A DNA stretch of 20,997 bases from Candidatus Fermentibacteraceae bacterium (GTDB lineage: Bacteria > Fermentibacterota > Fermentibacteria > Fermentibacterales > JCC-6). Numbering within the stretch: position 1 is the stretch's first letter; every line of letters begins with the position of its first letter. Below, piece after piece: positions 8,308 to 15,314 of the stretch. The translations under genes were made by a program, and so were the position numbers. Location: the NCBI GenBank assembly GCA_041686025.1, contig JAWLEP010000028.1:17499-38495 (forward strand). The letters are read 5' to 3'. The notes under the pieces were generated by a model. That model saw nothing but the letters and a program-made list of their open reading frames with translations, was not told where the DNA came from and did no database searches.

Positions 8308-11300
8308 ATGACCAGGATTCTACTCACAGCAACCCTGCTGGCGATAGCTGTGCCGGCGCTGGCCCAGGAGGAAGGGAGCCAGGAGGACATCTCCGTGCTC
8401 CTCCAGAGGGCCAGGGCCGAGCGCAGCAGCCTCGAGGAGCAGATCGCCCGCGAGGAGGAGCGACTCACGCGGATAGAGGCCGAGCTGGTCCAGCTCCGCA
8501 GGCAGAGGGCGATAATGTCCAGTGCCCAGAGTGCCTTCGAGCTGGGTGAGGATCTGTACAACTCCGGTTCCATCGTCTGGGCCCGGGACGCCTTCGGGTC
8601 CGTGGTGGACAACTTTCCCGAATCGTCCTACTTCCCCAGCGCCCTGTTCCGTCTGGAGCTGATAGCTTTCCAGCTGCAGGATTTCGAGGGCACGCTGGAG
8701 TACGCCGACCGGCTCCGGCAGGCGGCGCCCGAGTTCCAGCACATGGACCTGGCGCAGATCGTGGGTGGACTGGCCTATCACAACCTGGGTGAGTTCGGAA
8801 GCGCCAGGCAGCGGCTCTCGCAGGTGCCTCCCACCTCGGAGTACGCGCCTCTGGCCGACTACCTTCGGGCGGTGGGATACGTGGAGGAGGGCGACATAGC
8901 CTCGGCCAAGTCGCTGTTCAACGAGATCATCGACAACGCCGGCAGGTCCCGAAGCGAGGTGGCCCTGGCGGACCGTTCCCGCATAGCCCTGGCCCAGATA
9001 ATGGTGGAGGAGGAGGGTCAGTACGAGGAGGCCCTGTCCCTCTACGACCGGGTGTCTCCCTTCAGCTCCTACTACGACGTCTCCATGCTGGGCAAGGTGT
9101 GGACGCTGATGCGGCTGGAACGCTACCAGGATGCCTACAACCTCTGCGAGAGGGTCATCGAGGAGGTGCCGGGCTCCGACCTTCGCTCCGAGTTCGAGCT
9201 GGCCATGGCCAACTGCGCTCTGGGAGCGGAGGACCTGCAGATAGCCATAGCCAGGTACGAGGCTCTTCTGCGCCAGAACCTGGACGCTGAGGACTACGAC
9301 CTTCTCCTGGGCGATGACGAGTCGGTCTCCGAGGCGCAGTACGAGGCGGAGCGGGAGCGCCTGGAGAGGATTCGGGTGGGGCTTTCGGAGCTGAAGGAGG
9401 AGGCCTACGCCCAGGGCGACCTGGAACTGGTGGAGATGATCGAGGAGGAGGAGAACGCGCTGAGGCAGCTGTTCGTGGAGATCGGTGGACTGCAGACCGA
9501 GCTCTCCTTTCCGACGATGGAGGACGAAGAGAGCCTTCAGCGCCAGATCCGCAGGCTGATCTCCCGCAGCAAGGAGTCCACCCAGGCTCTGGCCGTCTCC
9601 GCCGAGGAGGTGCGCGAGCTGGCCCGGAACAGGGGCACCGAGCAGGACCGACGGGAGCTCGGCCAGCTGGAGACGGAGATAGAGAGGATAAGGCTGGCCC
9701 TGCAGGACCTCTCCTCGAAGTTCCAGGCAGGCATGGCCCAGGACCACGACTGGGTCCAGGAGACCAACTACGGAATAGCCATCGCCCGCTTCATGGAGCG
9801 GGAGCTGAAGCGGGACTCCCTCTCGTACATAAGCAACGTATACGACCGCAGGATAGAGGAGGCCTACGAGGAAGGGGACAGCAGCCTTGCCCAGAGCCTG
9901 ATCGAAGAGCGGGCGGCGAAGGCCCAGGGCCTGAGCCGGCGCATCAACCAGGCGGCCCACGAGTCCGCCGGCTACTTCGAGGAGTACCTGGCGAGCTTCC
10001 CCGACTCCCGCTTCGTTCCTGACGTTCTGGTGCGGCTTGCCCAGCTCTACTACGACATCGACAAGAGCGATTATCTGGACAGGATGGCGGAGTCGGAGAC
10101 CTTCCTCCCCGAGGACTACTCCCGCTCAATAGAGCTCTACGACCGCGTTCTAACGAACTACCCGGACAGCGAGGTGGAGGACGTGGCCCTCTACTCCATG
10201 GGATACTGCCTGACGCAGATGGGCAATCCCACCGAGGGGGTCAGCAAGTACCGGACCCTACTGGAAAGGCATTCGGGCAGCGACCTGGCCGCGGAGACCT
10301 GCATGCGGGTTGGTCACTACTACTTCGAGAGCTTCGAGTACGACAGCGCCTACGCCTACTTCTCCCGGATCCTCGACTACCCCGACGCGGACCCGGACGT
10401 CTACCAGCGCAGCGTCTACGAGCTGGGCTGGACCGAGTACATGCGCAGCAACTACCTCCACTCCGCCGCCATCTTCGGCTACCTGATCGAGGACAGCCAG
10501 CTGATGGACTCCCTGGGCATACCCAGGAGGGGCGGAGCCATGGTGGACGAGGCCATGGAGTACCTGGCGCACGACTTCATGGAGCAGAAGGAAGGCCCGC
10601 CGGTGCCCCTGGCCACTGACTTCCTGGACCGGTTGGGGAACGAAGAGGTAAGCTACACGGTATTGCACCACATGGCCCGCTTCTACGGCGAGCAGGGATA
10701 CTGGTCGGACGCCATAAGCGCCTACGAAGCGCTGCTGGACCGGCACCCCACCCACGAGCAGGCTCCCTTCTTCCAGGCCGAGATCGCTTCCGCTTACGAG
10801 GGGCTGGGGGACCACGAGGCAGCCACGGAGGCCCGCGAGGAGCTGGTGGAGAGCTACGGTGTCGAAAGCGACTGGGCGGAGGCAGTGGGCCCGGAGACCG
10901 CCCGGGCCGCGGTGGACTCGCTGCGGGGCACCTCCCTGGAGCAGGCCATTGGCTACTACTATACGAAGGCCCAGGATTCCGCCGACGAAGCCCCCCAGCA
11001 GAGCCGGAGCCACTACAACCAGCTTATACCCAGGATCGAGTCCTATCTGGAGGAGTTCGGAGGTACCAGGCAGGCCTACGACTTCAAGTTCCTTTTGGCA
11101 GGCGCTTACTACGCCCTGGAGCAGTACGTGAGCGCGGGCGACACCTACATGGAGGTGGGGGCCGACAGCATCTCGGCCCAGAGACGCCAGGACGCCGCCA
11201 GCAACGCCTGGAGCGCCTACATGATAGCCTACGGTGAGCAGTCCGGGATCGACAGCGCCCAGCTGCGGCAGAAGCAGGTGGAGGCGGCCAACTTCTACGT

Positions 11301-12849
11301 GGACAACTTCCCCGACGGGGAGAACGCCGCCCGGTTCCTGTTCGGCGTGGCCGGAAACCTCTACAACGCCGGCGAATACACCGGTGCCCGCCAGATGTAC
11401 AGCAGGATCTACAACGAGTACCCCAACTCGGAGTACATAGCCAGGTCCGCGAGGTTCATAGCCGCTACCTACGAGGCGGAGGAGATGTATGCCGAGGCCG
11501 AGGACTGGTACGGAAGGGCGTCCCAGGCGGTGGCCAGAACCGGGGAGGACCTGGGGGAGGACTTCGACCAGCTGGCGGCGGCCGCGGCGTACAGGGACGC
11601 CGAGAGCCTTGCCGGGTCGGAGGACACCCAGTCCATAGTGAACGCGGCCCGGCGATTCGAGGAGTCCGCCCGGTCGCATCCCGGCTCGGACATAGCCCCC
11701 AGTGCCCTCTACGATGCCGGTGAGACCTATGCCAGGGCCGGCGCCATCGAGGACGCCATAAGGGTCTTCACCGAGCTGGCCGACCAGTACCCCCAGAGCG
11801 AGCTGGCCCCCAAGGGAATGCTCAGGGCCGCCTTCCTCGCCCGGGAGGCCGGCCGCAACGAGCTGGCCGGAGACACCTACCTGGAGACGTACAGCAGGTT
11901 TCCCTCCGCCGAGAACGTGGGCACCGCCCTGTACAGCGCCGCCATCTCCTACGAGGAAGCCGAGCGCATGGAGCTGGCGGCGAACGTCTACGACATGATG
12001 ATCGACCAGGAGGCCGGCACGGCGGAATCCATGGTGCACGTCTACGGCAAGTACGGAAGGTACCTGCACGAGCGCGGCCAGATCTCCCGGGCCAGGGAGA
12101 TGTACCAGAGCTGCATCGACACCTACGACCAGCACCGGGCCGGCGACGTCTACTATCCGGCGCAGTCCGCCTTCTATCTGGGCGAGATCGCCTACGAGGA
12201 CTACGCCGCCCAGGAGACGAACTCCGAGACCGCCCAGATGAAGACCCAGCTCATGCAGCAGGTGGAGCAGTGGTACAGCAAGGCCATCAGCTACCGGACC
12301 GACTACTACTTTATGGCCGCCTGCGCCAGGGCGGGGGAGCTCTACGAGGACTACGCCAACGCCATCGCCTTCATGGACCCGCCCCCGGAGATCGCAGACG
12401 ACCCGGAGGCGGTGGACGTTTTCTACAACCAGCTCTACACCGAGTTCTACGAGCCCAAGATGCAGCAGGCCCAGACCGTCTACAGTACCGCGGTGGAAAG
12501 GGCCGTGAACCAGGACATCGAGAACGAGTGGGTGGACCGGGCGGTGGAGAACCTGGAGCTTCTCGCCCCGGGCGCGCTGGAGGAGCTGGGCTACGTTACC
12601 GAGGAGCAGGCCGCGGCGGACACCACCGAAGCCGGCGGGCCCGAGGGCCCGGACACCGAAGATACCGACGGGGAGGCCGAGGAGGGTTTCCAGCAGCAGG
12701 AAGACGATCAGACCGGGGAGGAAGAGACGGAGGCCGACTACGAAGAGGACGCCGGGACCGGGTCGGAGGACGTGGGGGAGACACCCGCCCCCGAGGAGCC
12801 CGAAGAGGACGAAGACGGCGGAGGAGGTTGCTTCCTGTGGCCCTTCTAG
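8308..12849 (+). CDS. Large periplasmic TPR protein, apparent GltC-like + GltD(AgmU)-like fusion, with acidic tail
   Basis: Signal peptide VPALA|QEE. Many BamD/CpoB-like TPRs (FPESSY, FPDSRF, YPDSEV, YPNSEY, HPGSDIAP, YPQSELAP). The C-terminal block AACARAGELYEDYA...DPPPE...Y..L...EPK..QA..VY...NEWVDRA..L...P resembles GltD-family C-termini as I recall them. Confidence 0.8.
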   Translation: MTRILLTATLLAIAVPALAQEEGSQEDISVLLQRARAERSSLEEQIAREEERLTRIEAELVQLRRQRAIMSSAQSAFELGEDLYNSGSIVWARDAFGSVVDNFPESSYFPSALFRLELIAFQLQDFEGTLEYADRLRQAAPEFQHMDLAQIVGGLAYHNLGEFGSARQRLSQVPPTSEYAPLADYLRAVGYVEEGDIASAKSLFNEIIDNAGRSRSEVALADRSRIALAQIMVEEEGQYEEALSLYDRVSPFSSYYDVSMLGKVWTLMRLERYQDAYNLCERVIEEVPGSDLRSEFELAMANCALGAEDLQIAIARYEALLRQNLDAEDYDLLLGDDESVSEAQYEAERERLERIRVGLSELKEEAYAQGDLELVEMIEEEENALRQLFVEIGGLQTELSFPTMEDEESLQRQIRRLISRSKESTQALAVSAEEVRELARNRGTEQDRRELGQLETEIERIRLALQDLSSKFQAGMAQDHDWVQETNYGIAIARFMERELKRDSLSYISNVYDRRIEEAYEEGDSSLAQSLIEERAAKAQGLSRRINQAAHESAGYFEEYLASFPDSRFVPDVLVRLAQLYYDIDKSDYLDRMAESETFLPEDYSRSIELYDRVLTNYPDSEVEDVALYSMGYCLTQMGNPTEGVSKYRTLLERHSGSDLAAETCMRVGHYYFESFEYDSAYAYFSRILDYPDADPDVYQRSVYELGWTEYMRSNYLHSAAIFGYLIEDSQLMDSLGIPRRGGAMVDEAMEYLAHDFMEQKEGPPVPLATDFLDRLGNEEVSYTVLHHMARFYGEQGYWSDAISAYEALLDRHPTHEQAPFFQAEIASAYEGLGDHEAATEAREELVESYGVESDWAEAVGPETARAAVDSLRGTSLEQAIGYYYTKAQDSADEAPQQSRSHYNQLIPRIESYLEEFGGTRQAYDFKFLLAGAYYALEQYVSAGDTYMEVGADSISAQRRQDAASNAWSAYMIAYGEQSGIDSAQLRQKQVEAANFYVDNFPDGENAARFLFGVAGNLYNAGEYTGARQMYSRIYNEYPNSEYIARSARFIAATYEAEEMYAEAEDWYGRASQAVARTGEDLGEDFDQLAAAAAYRDAESLAGSEDTQSIVNAARRFEESARSHPGSDIAPSALYDAGETYARAGAIEDAIRVFTELADQYPQSELAPKGMLRAAFLAREAGRNELAGDTYLETYSRFPSAENVGTALYSAAISYEEAERMELAANVYDMMIDQEAGTAESMVHVYGKYGRYLHERGQISRAREMYQSCIDTYDQHRAGDVYYPAQSAFYLGEIAYEDYAAQETNSETAQMKTQLMQQVEQWYSKAISYRTDYYFMAACARAGELYEDYANAIAFMDPPPEIADDPEAVDVFYNQLYTEFYEPKMQQAQTVYSTAVERAVNQDIENEWVDRAVENLELLAPGALEELGYVTEEQAAADTTEAGGPEGPDTEDTDGEAEEGFQQQEDDQTGEEETEADYEEDAGTGSEDVGETPAPEEPEEDEDGGGGCFLWPF

Positions 12850-13331
12850 ACCGGCGCTCACGCTGCTGCAGGCTTTGCGTCCTGACTACTGTCTCCGTTC
12901 TGCTGATGGCCGTTGCCGGCCAGGCATTCGCCCAGCCCGAAGAGGGGGGGGGAGCCGGCGCCTACACCGACGAGGAGGGCCGGCTCATCCTGGAGGAGAT
13001 AACCATCAAGGGCGAGCTGCGTACCCCGCAGGCCATATTCATGATGCTCAAGACCACTCCCAACCTCAGCAACGTTCTGCTGGAGCGCAGCTTCATTGAA
13101 GACGTTGTCAGTCCAATCTACCCGGGGGCATTTGCCGGGGAGCCCTCCTTTGGAACCGCCCAGAATGTGCATATACTTCCCTGGTGGGCCAGATACGGAT
13201 CGGTGGCGGCCTTTGCCGGGCTGTCCGCCTACAGGTACGGAACCGATGACAGCGAGCAGGGCCTGATCTTCGGCATTATCGCGGGCCTCGATCTCGCCGG
13301 AAATCTGATCCTTGATCTCGGAGGGCGCTGA
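12837..13331 (+). CDS. Small exported GltF/CglF-like protein with two C-terminal hydrophobic segments
   Basis: Same frame as track ORF 12270..13331. The true start is probably GTG 12837, 9 nt after GGAGGAGG and overlapping the end of the TPR gene. Signal peptide ends AFA|QPEEG. Core LEEITIKGELRTPQAIFMM...ERSFIEDVVSPI matches the 'I.G....P.....S F...' pattern of GltF-like proteins. Confidence 0.6.
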   Translation: MALLDRRSRCCRLCVLTTVSVLLMAVAGQAFAQPEEGGGAGAYTDEEGRLILEEITIKGELRTPQAIFMMLKTTPNLSNVLLERSFIEDVVSPIYPGAFAGEPSFGTAQNVHILPWWARYGSVAAFAGLSAYRYGTDDSEQGLIFGIIAGLDLAGNLILDLGGR

Positions 13332-13357
13332 ATCGGCGCCGTGAGAGGAGATTGTTG

Positions 13358-14227
13358 ATGCGTCGCACTCTACTCCCAGTACTCTTGTTGCTTGGTATCT
13401 TCGCTTTCACGGGAGCTGCCTTCGCGCAGCCGGAGGAGGGTGCCGAACCCGACACCACAGCCACCGACAGCGTCGCGGTAGAGGACACCACAGAGGTGGC
13501 CGAGGAGCCCGAGCCGGAACCCGAGCAGGAGGACACCACGGCGGTGGAGGCGGACACCACCGTTGCCGCCGAAGAGCTGGAAGGGGGCGGCGGTCTCTTC
13601 TCCAGCATCGCCGAGTTCTTCCGCAAGGGCGGACCCGCCATGTGGGTCATCCTGGTTATCCTGGCTGCGGGCCTGGCCATCTTCGTGGAGAGGTTCATCT
13701 TCCTGTTCATCATCGCCAACATCAAGCCCGAGGAGTTCATGGCCCGCATCTCCGAGCTGATCCGGAAGGGCAGCATCGAGGGTGCCATCGCCGAGGCCTC
13801 CGAGAGGGACGCCCCCCTGGCCAGGATCATCGAGGCGGCCCTCCGCAACTACCGGGGCACCGAGCGCGACATCCAGAACGCCGTGGACGAGATGGCCCTG
13901 GCGGAGCTTCCCAGGCTGAACGCCAGGACCTCTTACCTGGCCATGTTCGCCAACATCTCCACCATGGTTGGTCTGCTGGGTACGATATTCGGACTCATCC
14001 AGGCGTTCTCCGCCGTGGCCGCCGCCGACCCGGAGACCAAGAGCACGCTGCTGGCCAACGGAATCTCCCAGGCCATGAACACCACCGCCTTCGGTCTCAT
14101 CGGCGCCATACCGCAGCTTCTGGCACATTCCTTCCTCACCGCCAAGACAGACCGGCTGGTGGATGACATCGACAGGTACTCGGTCATGGTCATCAACATG
14201 CTCGGCCAGGCCAGGAAGGAGGGCTGA
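13358..14227 (+). CDS. MotA/TolQ/ExbB proton-channel protein, AglR-like, with signal peptide and acidic N-terminal extension
   Basis: AGGAG RBS 7 nt before ATG 13358. Motifs GGPAMWVIL...IFVERF, LAMFANISTMVGLLGTIFGLIQAFSAVAAADPETKSTLLANGISQAMNTTAFGL. The ANxxT..GLLGT form without Pro and the ADP..K..LLA.GIS motif are typical of the AglR subfamily. Confidence 0.93.
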   Translation: MRRTLLPVLLLLGIFAFTGAAFAQPEEGAEPDTTATDSVAVEDTTEVAEEPEPEPEQEDTTAVEADTTVAAEELEGGGGLFSSIAEFFRKGGPAMWVILVILAAGLAIFVERFIFLFIIANIKPEEFMARISELIRKGSIEGAIAEASERDAPLARIIEAALRNYRGTERDIQNAVDEMALAELPRLNARTSYLAMFANISTMVGLLGTIFGLIQAFSAVAAADPETKSTLLANGISQAMNTTAFGLIGAIPQLLAHSFLTAKTDRLVDDIDRYSVMVINMLGQARKEG

Positions 14228-14784
14228 TGGCGCAGGGCGCCACCAAGCGCAGCCACAGGAAGAAGCACCAGGCGGAGCTCGACCTGCTGCCGGTGATGAA
14301 CCTCTTCTGCGTGATCATCCCGTTCCTGCTGCTCAGCGCTTCCTTTCTGGAGATCACCACCATCACCATGTCGCAGACCCAGGGCATCAATCCCAGCGCC
14401 GGCGGGGCGGTCACCGACCTGGCCAAATCCGAGGAGGAGAGGGTCCAGGCAAAGGTGGTGATGACCGACCAGGAGCTCTTCGTGGGCACCGCCTTCGGTC
14501 TGACCTCCGTGGGAAGGTCTTTCCAGGTAAGGGACAACGGCGAGACCTACGCCACCTTTGACTTCGACCAGCTGGAGCAGATGGCGGGCGAGATGAGAGA
14601 CACCCTGATGAACCACTACGACATCGAGTTCCGCAAGATCGTCGTCCTGACCACGGAGACCATGCGCTACGAGAACGTGATCAGGGCCATCGACGCGGTG
14701 GGCAAGGTGGGATTCACCGAGCCCGGTCTGCAGGTGGCACCCTCCGGCAGCGTGGAGGGCGAGGCCGAGAGGGGGCTGCAGTGA
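14227..14784 (+). CDS. ExbD/TolR family protein 1 (AglQ position); Asn at the usual channel-Asp site
   Basis: TGATG coupling to the upstream gene. Basic N-terminus, TM segment ELDLLPVMNLFCVIIPFLL, periplasmic motif MRYENVIRAIDAV...GF. Confidence 0.88.
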   Translation: MAQGATKRSHRKKHQAELDLLPVMNLFCVIIPFLLLSASFLEITTITMSQTQGINPSAGGAVTDLAKSEEERVQAKVVMTDQELFVGTAFGLTSVGRSFQVRDNGETYATFDFDQLEQMAGEMRDTLMNHYDIEFRKIVVLTTETMRYENVIRAIDAVGKVGFTEPGLQVAPSGSVEGEAERGLQ

Positions 14785-15314
14785 GCGCTCCCTCCAAGCG
14801 GCACGTGCCCCTGCTGTTGGGCTACAACAAGACGAAGGCCTTCAGCCGCAAGGGTGACAAAAAGGCCGGGCTCAACCTGACCTCGATGATAGACATGTTC
14901 ACAATACTGGTGGTGTTTCTGCTGAAGAGCTACAGCGCCGAGGGCCAGCTGGTCACCGTAAGCGAGGCTCTGACCCTGCCCAGGGCCACCTCCGAGCAGA
15001 GAATTGAGATGAAGCTGGAGATCGAGATCAACCGGGAAGCTGTGGTAGTCGACGGAGACCCCGTGGTGCAGGTGGACCAGCAGCTGCTCTCCACAGGGGG
15101 CCCCATACCCTCCCTGGTGACCAGGCTCGACGATCACATGGAATACACGAGGCAGATGAAGGGTACCATCACCGAGGACGAGCAGAAGATCAACATCCAG
15201 GGTGATGTCGCCATACCGGCGGTCCTCGTCCAGCGGGTGATGGCCAGCTGCTCCGAGGCCGGCTTCAGCCTGCAGAACCTGGAGGTAATCAAGGAAGAGG
15301 GTGGGCGCCCATGA
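14781..15314 (+). CDS. ExbD/TolR family protein 2, AglS-like
   Basis: GTGA overlap with the upstream stop. TM motif LNLTSMIDMFTILVVFLLKSYS, then LTLPRAT and INIQGD..IP...VQRVMASC.EAGF. Confidence 0.9.
   Translation: MSAPSKRHVPLLLGYNKTKAFSRKGDKKAGLNLTSMIDMFTILVVFLLKSYSAEGQLVTVSEALTLPRATSEQRIEMKLEIEINREAVVVDGDPVVQVDQQLLSTGGPIPSLVTRLDDHMEYTRQMKGTITEDEQKINIQGDVAIPAVLVQRVMASCSEAGFSLQNLEVIKEEGGRP

Noticed and set aside
12270..12836. N-terminal part of the 353-aa track ORF
   Set aside because: It is an Arg/Gly-rich off-frame read of the TPR gene. A better start with RBS and signal peptide exists at 12837.
8308..12849. TPR protein as an O-GlcNAc transferase partner of the GH84
   Set aside because: It has a signal peptide and no visible GT41 catalytic domain.
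8320..12861. Long minus-strand ORFs (546 aa and 867 aa) opposite the TPR gene
   Set aside because: Antisense shadows typical of high-GC coding DNA, with V/L/G/H-biased composition and no motifs.
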